Source: Candidatus Micrarchaeota archaeon (lineage in GTDB: Archaea > Micrarchaeota > Micrarchaeia > Micrarchaeales > CABMGC01). Taken from it: a stretch of DNA of 64,000 nt. Of the stretch, positions 14,651-22,818 are shown one piece after another. Where the stretch lies: positions 157,381-221,380 of the forward strand of contig JAKASP010000001.1 of the NCBI GenBank assembly GCA_021818995.1, given 5' to 3'. The position numbers and the translations under genes are program-made. The notes beneath the pieces were generated by a model. The model did no database searches. It was not told the origin of the DNA and worked only from the letters and a program-made list of their open reading frames with translations. The stretch's first letter is position 1; the number at the start of each line of letters is the position of its first letter.

Positions 14651-16180
14651 ATGATGTGTGCTAATAAAAAGGTTATAGTATTGGGAAAAGTCCATCGAGA
14701 GTTGCGCCTCGCTAGGCGCTTTGGTCTTTTGAGATGGCACTGGAAGAGGAAGTGGCTCTTCAATATGATGAGGTTAAATCCGGAAAGGAACCTGAACTCG
14801 CACATAATGATAACTGGCGAGAGCGGCGCTGGTAAGAGCAACGTCTGCAAGCTCATACTGCGGCAGCTGGCCAATCAGGGAGCGGGCTTCGTTGTGCTGG
14901 ACCCCCATGCTGAATACGTGGAGCACGCGAAGGAGATGCATGCTGAGGTCTACGACGCGAGCATGCACTCTGTGAACCTCTTTGACCTAGACGGCTTGAC
15001 AGAAAGGGAGAGGACGGCAGAGATAACTGCGATGCTGCGAAGGGTGCTGCACCTGGGCGAGGTGCAGGCGAGCACGCTCTACAGGTGCATAGACTACACC
15101 TACTGGGTTAGCATGAGGAATGGTTCAGTTCCGAACATGCACAGCCTGCTCTACACGATAAAGGTCTTCGGGCGCAAAGCCAGGAGCAAGCCAGAGGCGA
15201 ATATGCTTGACTCGCTCGAGAAACGCCTGCTGGTCATAGCAGGAGAAAACTTCGCAAGGAACGTGAGCGTAGCCAAGATCCTGCAGGGCAGGAGCATCTT
15301 CTCCCTGCACGGGCTACACAGCGCGGAGGCGCAGAGCATATACATGGAGGGCATGCTCAGGAAGATCTACACCAGCGTGCTTGCGGCCAGGGTGAAGCGC
15401 AGGTTCTATATCGTCATAGACGAGGCGGAGAAGCTGCAGGGCAGCCCTGTGGTTGGAAGGTTCGTAGCGGAGGGAAGGAAGTACGGCATAGGGATGATCG
15501 CGATCTCGCAGCGCGCAAAGGCGCTGGACAAGGAGATACGCAGCAACGCTGCTACGATGATTACATTTACGCAGCGTGAACCGGAGGAGCAGAACTACGT
15601 GGCGAACATGATAGCAGCAGGTACGGAGTACAATAGGTTCATCGAAGTGAGGAAGGCGCTGAGGGAACTGCCGAGAGGGTACGCGCTCGTGCAGGAAGCG
15701 AGGGAGAGGAACGCGAAGATGGTGAAGTGCCTGAGGTTCAAGGCCAGGGAGAGGGACCCGAGCGGCGCGATAATGGTGATGGCGAGGAAGGTCGTGGGCA
15801 AGCGGGAGCTACTTGAAAAACTCAGGCATGATGGCTTCTCCGCAGAACAGGCGATTGGAGCGATCACGGAGCTTGTGAGGTCCGGAAAGCTGAAGTACCA
15901 CGTTGTGACCGAGGCGCCGTATGCAGGAACCTGGTACATCGCAATGCCGAGGAACAGCGCAGAGCACGACGTAATGGTGAGCCTGATAAGCAGGTACCTG
16001 AGCGAGAACGGGATTGCGAATAGGATACACAACAACTCCTACGGCCCTGATGTGATCGCATACAAAGATGGCAGGAAGGTTGCGGTCGAGTACGAGACCG
16101 GAAAGAAAAATACCTGGGACACGGAGCGCATGCTTGCGAAGAGGGTAGAAAAATATCCTGAGGTGATTGTTCTGCGTTGA
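14651..16180 (+). CDS. HerA/FtsK-superfamily P-loop ATPase (DUF87/AAA_10-like) fused to a C-terminal wHTH and a PD-(D/E)xK-like module
   Basis: Walker A is ITGESGAGKSN, Walker B is FYIVIDEAEKL, and GIGMIAISQR...ATMITF is also present. The last roughly 120 aa are ...AIGAITELVRSGKLKYHVV...SAEHDVMVSLISRYLSENG...GPDVIAYKDGRKVAVEYETGKK. The true start may be ATG 14765, because a TATA-like aaaaaggttatagtatt sits at about 14664-14680. Confidence 0.75.
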   Translation: MMCANKKVIVLGKVHRELRLARRFGLLRWHWKRKWLFNMMRLNPERNLNSHIMITGESGAGKSNVCKLILRQLANQGAGFVVLDPHAEYVEHAKEMHAEVYDASMHSVNLFDLDGLTERERTAEITAMLRRVLHLGEVQASTLYRCIDYTYWVSMRNGSVPNMHSLLYTIKVFGRKARSKPEANMLDSLEKRLLVIAGENFARNVSVAKILQGRSIFSLHGLHSAEAQSIYMEGMLRKIYTSVLAARVKRRFYIVIDEAEKLQGSPVVGRFVAEGRKYGIGMIAISQRAKALDKEIRSNAATMITFTQREPEEQNYVANMIAAGTEYNRFIEVRKALRELPRGYALVQEARERNAKMVKCLRFKARERDPSGAIMVMARKVVGKRELLEKLRHDGFSAEQAIGAITELVRSGKLKYHVVTEAPYAGTWYIAMPRNSAEHDVMVSLISRYLSENGIANRIHNNSYGPDVIAYKDGRKVAVEYETGKKNTWDTERMLAKRVEKYPEVIVLR

Positions 16181-16204
16181 AGCGCGTTGGACTGCAAATC
16201 ATCC

Positions 16205-16930
16205 TTAGCTTACAAATTCTTTTATCAGATCGGCCACAGCACCCGCGTGCGCGTAGTGCGCAACATGACCTGCGTCCTGCACAATCTCCAGCACACTACC
16301 TTTGATGTAATTGTTGAACATCTTCGCGTACTTGACATCCAGCGTCTTGTCATCAGAACCCCAGATTACCAGTGCTGGCTTGACTATGGAGCTAAGGCCC
16401 TCCTTGGTCAGGTACTCGCTCGCGGGCTGGTCGTTTGCTGAGCTTCTTATAACCCAGTCTCTGGGGTTGAAGATAAGGGCTTCTGCGATCCATTTCTCCT
16501 TCCATGCCTTTGCGTCTGTCTTCTCTATGTCATCGAAGATCTCTTTGAGGCCCATCGCATCCTCGAGTATTATGCCGTCTCCCTTGTAGTTGCCCTGCGC
16601 GATCAGCGCCGCTACCCAACCGCCGTAGCTGTGCCCGAAGATGCAGCTTTCCTGCAGGTCCAGGGATTGCATCAGTTCTTTCACCGCCTGTGCCTGCTTG
16701 CCAACGGTGTACTGGATCCTTGGTGCGTCCGACTCTCCGTGGCCAAGCAGATCCACGAGATAGACGCACAGCTCATCGGGCAGCTGCTCTGCCAACCTCG
16801 AAAATGACTTGGTGCTCGCCCCGAACCCGTGCAGGAATACTATCTTCTTGCCGTCGGTGCGGTGGCGCTTGCAGTGCAGCGTGCCCAGGCTGGTCTGCAC
16901 GCTTATATCTTCGAGATCCTCGTAGCGCAT
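16205..16930 (-). CDS. alpha/beta-fold hydrolase
   Basis: FLHGFGAS resembles the oxyanion HG motif, GHSYGG is the nucleophile elbow, and there is a C-terminal DAGHVAHY (catalytic His). Confidence 0.8.
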   Translation of the reverse strand: MRYEDLEDISVQTSLGTLHCKRHRTDGKKIVFLHGFGASTKSFSRLAEQLPDELCVYLVDLLGHGESDAPRIQYTVGKQAQAVKELMQSLDLQESCIFGHSYGGWVAALIAQGNYKGDGIILEDAMGLKEIFDDIEKTDAKAWKEKWIAEALIFNPRDWVIRSSANDQPASEYLTKEGLSSIVKPALVIWGSDDKTLDVKYAKMFNNYIKGSVLEIVQDAGHVAHYAHAGAVADLIKEFVS

Positions 16931-16973
16931 CTTCTCGTGCTAAAATAGGAAAAGAATTCACTTATTCCTTTAC

Positions 16974-17225
16974 TTATGCCTTGGACAGCTTCTCCACGTC
17001 CCTGAAGCATGATTCGCACTCCCAGTACTCAACAGGCACGGCCTCAGATTTAGCGAAATCCGGCTGTTCAAGCTTTAGAACCGATGCAGCCGCCTCGTAG
17101 TTCACGCTGAACTTGCCGAAGAAGTTCCAGCTCTTGTCTGCGATCTTTCCGTTCCTTCCGATCGCCACCCTTCCCTCTTTTCCGCAGACTGCGCATGCCA
17201 CCTTGTGTGTCGCCTTCTTTTCCAA
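16974..17225 (-). CDS. small zinc-ribbon-like protein
   Basis: 83 aa with CAVCGKEG near the N-terminus and CESCF near the C-terminus (two CxxC pairs). Confidence 0.5.
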   Translation of the reverse strand: MEKKATHKVACAVCGKEGRVAIGRNGKIADKSWNFFGKFSVNYEAAASVLKLEQPDFAKSEAVPVEYWECESCFRDVEKLSKA

Positions 17226-17266
17226 ACTACCACTCCTGCCCGCTCTGATTGTTACTCTCTGTCTTT

Positions 17267-17611
17267 TTATTTATTTCTTTTAAAGTTGATTGCCACGATT
17301 TTGTCAGGCAGCATGAAGAAACCAGAGTGCCTGAGCCTTATCGCGGATTCGCCGCTGTAGAGATACTTCGCATGCCTCTTCAGTTTCTCGTGGAGTTCGT
17401 CTGCGCTCTTCGCCGGCGGCAGGTCGAGATCCGAGTGGGATGTGAAGTGGTTGTAAGCTTCGAGGCTAAAGGCGAACTCCTGGATCTTGCCTCCGGGTTC
17501 CGGCATTATCCAGTCAGGGTTATGTGCCTCAGAAGCCACCATCACTGCCCATTCCCTGAACCTGTGCATTCCAGCCAAAAAGTCAGCATCGACCTCTTTT
17601 CCAAGCTCCAT
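17267..17611 (-). CDS. hypothetical protein
   Basis: 114-aa ORF with more protein-like composition than the overlapping plus-strand ORF 17249-17638. No family recognised. Confidence 0.45.
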   Translation of the reverse strand: MELGKEVDADFLAGMHRFREWAVMVASEAHNPDWIMPEPGGKIQEFAFSLEAYNHFTSHSDLDLPPAKSADELHEKLKRHAKYLYSGESAIRLRHSGFFMLPDKIVAINFKRNK

Positions 17612-17697
17612 CTCTCACCACCCACTGGAATATTGTGAAGAGAAAGGTGTATACGCCATTCCCAAAGGTTCGTTTAAAGCAGGAAACGGCTCCTGTT

Positions 17698-18588
17698 TCA
17701 GCCGCCGAGCAGAGACCTGAGGACAAGGACCAGGTGGCTCTCCTCCCTCAGCCTGCGCAGCGAGTAGCCTAGCCATCTCGTGCCGAATGGCACGTATATG
17801 GCCACGCTGTTGCCTTGCGCCGCGAGCTCTGCCGCGTAGCCGTTCCTTATCCCATTGAGCATCGCGTACGTCACCCTTCTCCTGTGAGACCTGTTGAGCT
17901 CCAGCGCCTCTTTTATCAGAGAGTCGTCGTGCGTTGCCACGGTGAACTCTCTGAGGTGTGTGAAAGCCTCGCGCATCAGCACCCTGTAGTTGCCCGTCGT
18001 CTCCTTTCTCGTATCGAACGCGATCTTTCCGCTCTCCTTGTAAGCGCCCTTGACTATCCTCACCGGCGCCTTCTTCTTGAAAAGCCTTGCCAGGTTCCTT
18101 TCGCCACTCCTGAGATACGCCTGCACCGTTATGCCCACGCCTCCCCTCCTTGCCTGGCTCTCGAATATGGAGATGGCGTCATCCACAGTATCCTGCGATT
18201 CCGCATCTATCCACACGAAGACCCTGCGCCGCCTCGCTGCGCCTACTATCCTGTTGTAGTTTTTCCTAGCCATGCTCTTGCTTACGCGAAGGCCAAGCGC
18301 TGTGAGCTTCAACGAGACGCTTGCCTGCAGCTTTGACTTCCTTATCTCGTTGATGAGCCTCAGGTTTGTCGAGACCGCCTCTGCTATCTCGCGCTTGTCA
18401 GTGAGGTCCTCTCCTATGTAGTTGATTATGGCGCTCATTCCGAGGGCGTTGAGCTGCTTTGTCCTCCGAACCGCATCCTTTATGCCAGGCCCGGCTATCC
18501 ACTTGCCGGCAAAGATGCGCTCTACTATGCCGCCTATACCCATGTTGAGAATAGACAAGGGGAAAATATGAAACTTCGGGTTGTGCAT
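17698..18588 (-). CDS. proline dehydrogenase family protein
   Basis: IINYIGEDL..., ASVSLKLTALGL, VFVWIDAESQD, GITVQAYLR, VRIVKGAYKE, VATHD and YAMLNGIR occur in the order expected for the PRODH (PutA-type) TIM barrel. Confidence 0.75.
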   Translation of the reverse strand: MHNPKFHIFPLSILNMGIGGIVERIFAGKWIAGPGIKDAVRRTKQLNALGMSAIINYIGEDLTDKREIAEAVSTNLRLINEIRKSKLQASVSLKLTALGLRVSKSMARKNYNRIVGAARRRRVFVWIDAESQDTVDDAISIFESQARRGGVGITVQAYLRSGERNLARLFKKKAPVRIVKGAYKESGKIAFDTRKETTGNYRVLMREAFTHLREFTVATHDDSLIKEALELNRSHRRRVTYAMLNGIRNGYAAELAAQGNSVAIYVPFGTRWLGYSLRRLREESHLVLVLRSLLGG

Positions 18589-18700
18589 GGTTTAAAAAGC
18601 CGGACTTATACGCGAATAATGGAAGTGTGCCCCTGATTCCAGCGCCATTTATATTTCTTTAAAGGGAATAGTTGCTGGCTATTTACTACCGGGGGTTTGG

Positions 18701-20782
18701 ATGGAAGACATACTGATGCAGAACGTCGTAAGCAAGGGACTTGAGGACAGGTTCGTCGAATTCTACAACACCTATTACATGCAGGAGATCAACAGCATGT
18801 TCCTTGCATACCCGCAGAAACGCGCCATATTTGTGGACATCAAGACCCTAGAGAAATTCGACAGCGAGCTCGCTAACGAGCTCATCACGAACCCCGATGC
18901 CGTAATGCCGAGCGCGTCCTCGGCGCTTCTCAGGCTCAGTCCGAGCCCCGAGACGATGGAGAAGAATGTCTACACTAGGTTCTACGGGCTTGGTGGGATG
19001 GGCATGCCGCTCATCCAGGACGTGGGCTCCGACAACATAGGCAGGCTGCTAACCCTTGACTCGCTGATAGTCAAGAAGTCTGAGATAATCCCAATGGTGC
19101 AGATAGGCGTATACAAGTGCGCACTCTGCGGAAACGTGACGAAGGTAGAGATTGAGAGGGACAACGTGCCCGACGTCTGCCCGCAATGCAAGAGGAGGGC
19201 GCTGCGCCAGGTCAACGAGGAGAGCAAGTTCATAAATCTGCAGCGCATCGCGGTCCAGGACCCTCTGGAGAAGCTGCGCGGGAGCACTCCGACGTGGCAG
19301 CTCGAAGTCTGGCTCGAGGACGACCTTGTGAACAGGCAGCAGCCGGGAGACCGCGTCGACATCACCGGTGTGCTCAGAATAAGGCCGCGAAGGAACGCGC
19401 ACGGGAAGCAGGAGAAGGCCCAGTTCGCGATGTTCATCGATGCAGTTTCGATAATGGCGACGCAGAAGGAGTTCAGCGAGCTGGAGATAACGCAGGATGA
19501 GGAGAAGGAGATAAAGGAATTGGCGAAGGATCCGCACATATTCGAGAAGATAGCGAAGTCTATCGCACCTTCGATCTACGGCTACGACGAGATAAAGAAG
19601 GCGATGACGCTTCAGCTCTTCGGGGGCACGCCGAACAAGAAGCTTGTAGATGGCAGCTTCGTGAGGAGCGACATGCACATACTGCTCATCGGCGACCCCG
19701 GAAGCGCAAAGACAAGGCTTCTCCAGGCAATCACTGGCATAGTGCCGAAGGGCATCTACGTGAGCGGCAAGTCCACCACATCGGCAGGCCTGACAGCCGC
19801 AGCCGAAAGGGACGAGTTCTCCGAGGGAGGCTGGACGCTGAAGGCCGGGGCGCTTGTGCTGGGATCCGGTGGAGAAGTCTCGATCGACGAATTTGACAAG
19901 GTCAGCGATGACGACAAAGCGGCGTTGCTCGAGGTCATGGAGTCGCAGACGATAAGCATAGCAAAGGCAGGCATAGTCGCGAGGTTCAACGCGAAGACAT
20001 CGATACTCGCGGCTGCGAACCCCAAGTACGGAAGGTTCGAGGTTAACGTGCTGCCCGCCGAGCAGTTCGATATTCCGCCCACGCTGCTTTCCAGGTTTGA
20101 CCTCATATTCCCGATAAGGGACGTGATGGACGAGGAGCAGGACAGGAACATAGCGCACCACATACTTGTCCAGCATGCGGCCGCTGGCGCCGCGATAGCT
20201 GAGATGGAGGGATACGAGCAGGTCGAAGCCCCTCCGATCAAGCCGGAGACGCTTAGGAAATACGTCGCTTATGCGAAGAGGAACAGCAACCCTAGGCTCA
20301 CCAACGATGCGATTGAGCGCATACAGAAGTTCTACCTCGAGCTGAGGAAGCTGGGAATGAGGTCGGGGACCACGCCCATGACCCCGAGGCAGATAGAGGG
20401 CATCGTGAGGCTAGCAGAGGCGAGCGCAAAGAGCAGGCTCTCGGACATGGTCGAGGTGCGCGACACCGATATAGCGATCGGTCTGGTCAACTACATGCTC
20501 CAGACCCTTGCCGTGGAGAAGGGCGGGGCGGTGAACATAGACATACTCACTACGGGCTTCTCGCGCGAGAAGGTGGACAAGCTTAACCTGATCATGGGCA
20601 TAATCAAGAAGCTGGAGACGGACGAGAAGGAGGCGAGGTACGAGCGCGTGCTGGAAGAGGCGGAGAAGGCCGGGGTTGACAAGAACACGAGCAAGAGGTA
20701 CATAGACGACCTCAGCCGCACCGGCGACATCTACACGCCGAAGCCTGGTTTCCTGAAGATAGTAAGGCGCGAGGCCGAGTAG
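18701..20782 (+). CDS. mcm: MCM replicative helicase
   Basis: 693 aa. It has a zinc motif CALCGN...CPQCK, Walker A ILLIGDPGSAKT, Walker B VSIDEFDK, the arginine finger region SRFDLIF, and a C-terminal wHTH. Confidence 0.95.
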   Translation: MEDILMQNVVSKGLEDRFVEFYNTYYMQEINSMFLAYPQKRAIFVDIKTLEKFDSELANELITNPDAVMPSASSALLRLSPSPETMEKNVYTRFYGLGGMGMPLIQDVGSDNIGRLLTLDSLIVKKSEIIPMVQIGVYKCALCGNVTKVEIERDNVPDVCPQCKRRALRQVNEESKFINLQRIAVQDPLEKLRGSTPTWQLEVWLEDDLVNRQQPGDRVDITGVLRIRPRRNAHGKQEKAQFAMFIDAVSIMATQKEFSELEITQDEEKEIKELAKDPHIFEKIAKSIAPSIYGYDEIKKAMTLQLFGGTPNKKLVDGSFVRSDMHILLIGDPGSAKTRLLQAITGIVPKGIYVSGKSTTSAGLTAAAERDEFSEGGWTLKAGALVLGSGGEVSIDEFDKVSDDDKAALLEVMESQTISIAKAGIVARFNAKTSILAAANPKYGRFEVNVLPAEQFDIPPTLLSRFDLIFPIRDVMDEEQDRNIAHHILVQHAAAGAAIAEMEGYEQVEAPPIKPETLRKYVAYAKRNSNPRLTNDAIERIQKFYLELRKLGMRSGTTPMTPRQIEGIVRLAEASAKSRLSDMVEVRDTDIAIGLVNYMLQTLAVEKGGAVNIDILTTGFSREKVDKLNLIMGIIKKLETDEKEARYERVLEEAEKAGVDKNTSKRYIDDLSRTGDIYTPKPGFLKIVRREAE

Positions 20783-20835
20783 AATTTCCGCAGATTTAAA
20801 TACTTTGATGGTGCAATCATTTTGCTGGCGACCTG

Positions 20836-21249
20836 ATGAAGATACTCGACCTGTTCGGCAAGAAAGACGCGGCTGCTGAGGTAGGCAGGAACCTGCCTTA
20901 TCAGATCTCATATGAGTTCATACCCTTCAGGCTCTACGCCAACAGGAAGGGCTCGAGCATGCTTCTGATGCGGCTCAAGAACCTTACGACCGAGCCGGTG
21001 CTGAGTTCTGTTGTGGTGCAGGTGCCGAAGGGAATAAGCCTCGATGACACAGGCCTGTCTGGAGCCAAGGAGCTCCGCGTGGGCACGCTCGCTCCTGGAG
21101 AGGAGAAGCAGGTCAGGGCCGACGTTTTTGGGGACATAGGAACCGACAAGGGTGAGTACACGCTCTCCATAACAGCTTTCATCCACTACCGGGACTACGG
21201 CCACGTGCTGAACGCGATGAAGAAGAAGACGGTTCTGGAGGTCGTTTAG
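20836..21249 (+). CDS. hypothetical beta-rich protein
   Basis: 137-aa ORF with an alternating beta-strand-like pattern. No family recognised. Confidence 0.5.
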   Translation: MKILDLFGKKDAAAEVGRNLPYQISYEFIPFRLYANRKGSSMLLMRLKNLTTEPVLSSVVVQVPKGISLDDTGLSGAKELRVGTLAPGEEKQVRADVFGDIGTDKGEYTLSITAFIHYRDYGHVLNAMKKKTVLEVV

Positions 21250-21268
21250 CCGGATTTACTGTTTTTGG

Positions 21269-21538
21269 TTGATGATAATGGTTGACATAACGAAAAAGAT
21301 TGCTGCTGAGTTTAGCGATACGCGGCACACTGAGTATCGCGTTGGGCTGCGCGGCAAGAACCTCACAGAACAGCTCGTCGAGGCCGAGATAGGCCGCCTC
21401 ATCAGGAAGAGCGGGACGATGAGCATCAGGGAAGCGAGGCACGAGGAACTCAGGCTGCGCAAGGCGTACTTGCCTAGCTCGCTCACCTCCGCGGAACTGA
21501 AACAGCTTGAGAAGCTGCCGGGGATTTCGCCTTTATAA
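21269..21538 (+). CDS. hypothetical small protein
   Basis: 89-aa ORF. Competing minus-strand ORFs (21256-21573, 21179-21442) look less protein-like. The call is uncertain. Confidence 0.4.
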   Translation: MMIMVDITKKIAAEFSDTRHTEYRVGLRGKNLTEQLVEAEIGRLIRKSGTMSIREARHEELRLRKAYLPSSLTSAELKQLEKLPGISPL

Positions 21539-21637
21539 GCAAAATCATGTTTTCCGAGAGTAAAGGAAGTCACGGGAATTACATAATGGATATAAATCTT
21601 ATCAGTATAGACAAATATTGTGTTTTAAGGCGAGAAC

Positions 21638-21892
21638 ATGGTAAAGTACGTTATTGCTGAACAGCTTATCGGCAAGGAGGTCGTCACAACTGACGGCATA
21701 GATCTGGGTAGGTTCCTTGATGCGGAACTCAACGAAGTGACTGGCAAGCTGACCAGCCTGATAGTTGAGCCGAACGCGGACAACGAGTTCGTGAAGAGGC
21801 TTGACGTGAAGGACGGCAAGCTGAAGGTCCCGTACGACAGCGTGATGGCCGTTAATGACTACATAGTCGTTGACAGGAAGAGCGTCTCATAG
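21638..21892 (+). CDS. PRC-barrel domain protein
   Basis: 84 aa. LIGKEVVTTDGIDLGRFLDAELNEVTGKLTSLIV...KVPYDSVMAVNDYIVV is the typical PRC-barrel pattern. Confidence 0.7.
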   Translation: MVKYVIAEQLIGKEVVTTDGIDLGRFLDAELNEVTGKLTSLIVEPNADNEFVKRLDVKDGKLKVPYDSVMAVNDYIVVDRKSVS

Positions 21893-21953
21893 CTTCTTTT
21901 CCATCTTCCTGAAAGGGTTTAAATTCTTAGCATGAGCATTGCATATAGAGAGT

Positions 21954-22670
21954 ATGATAATTGGGGGAGGCGACGAGGCTGGCCGCGGGGCGGTCATAGG
22001 CCCTCTTGTTGTAAGCGTGATAGCTGTGAGCAAGGGCAAGGAGAAGCGCCTCTCTGACATAGGCGTGCGCGATTCCAAGCTGCTCACGAGAAGGAAGCGT
22101 GACTTCCTCTTCGATGAGATCAAGGGCGTGTGCGAGGAGGTCAAGACATACGCGATAAGCAACGAGGAGATAAACAGCGCCATGCGCAGCGGCGTATCGC
22201 TGAACCAGCTCGAGGCTATGAGGTTCGCCCAGCTTGTTGACTCGCTTGAGAGCAACGTGCAGAAGATGTACATAGACTCTCCGGACGTGCGCGCGGAACG
22301 CTTCGGCGTGCGCATGAGGCTCTCTGCGAAGAAGCCGATGCGCGTCCTGGGCGCCAAGGTCGAGGGCAAGGAGAAGGGCAGGATGAACAGCGGCATGCGC
22401 GTCATCTCCGAGCACAAGGCCGACGCCAGGTATCCTGTAGTATCAGCGGCGAGCATAATCGCGAAGGTTATACGCGACCGCGAGATGGAAAGGATAGAGA
22501 GGGAGAGCGGCGTGGAGATCGGCTCAGGTTATCCGAGCGACAAGTACACGATCGAGGCGATAAAGACGAACCTTGCGAGCAAGAGGCTCAATCCCTATAT
22601 ACGCGAGTACTGGAAGACGCTCGCGAAGATAAAGCAGAGGAAGATAAAGGAATTCGTCGGCTTCGCCTGA
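21954..22670 (+). CDS. rnhB: ribonuclease HII
   Basis: MIIGGGDEAGRGAVIGPLVV (DEAGRG active-site motif), DSKLL and SAASIIAKV are present. The ORF-track start at 21939 is TTG. The ATG at 21954 is preferred, with tttaaatt as a TATA-like box about 35 nt upstream. Confidence 0.9.
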   Translation: MIIGGGDEAGRGAVIGPLVVSVIAVSKGKEKRLSDIGVRDSKLLTRRKRDFLFDEIKGVCEEVKTYAISNEEINSAMRSGVSLNQLEAMRFAQLVDSLESNVQKMYIDSPDVRAERFGVRMRLSAKKPMRVLGAKVEGKEKGRMNSGMRVISEHKADARYPVVSAASIIAKVIRDREMERIERESGVEIGSGYPSDKYTIEAIKTNLASKRLNPYIREYWKTLAKIKQRKIKEFVGFA

Positions 22671-22818
22671 AGCGACTTACAAGAATATGTAGCGCGGTTT
22701 CGGTTTAAAAAAAATGGCTTATTAAATTCATTGCACAAATAGTGTCTGGCAAGTGGGTTCTGGTTGCTTTTTTATAATAAGAAAGGTGTTGGGAGTGGCT
22801 TCTACCGATGATAAACGC

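Noticed and set aside
13991-14740. 249-aa minus-strand ORF overlapping the membrane glycoprotein gene
   Set aside because: It is an alternate frame of 13648-14622, His/Arg/Pro-rich, and it would run through the divergent promoter.
19049-20176. 375-aa minus-strand ORF inside mcm
   Set aside because: It is antisense to an unambiguous MCM gene. Its composition is Leu/Arg/His-biased with no recognisable motifs.
22671-22818. Possible B12 riboswitch or leader upstream of the class II RNR
   Set aside because: I could recognise no conserved B12-box or multi-stem structure. The region is AT-rich with TATA-like boxes and is more simply a promoter for a leaderless mRNA.
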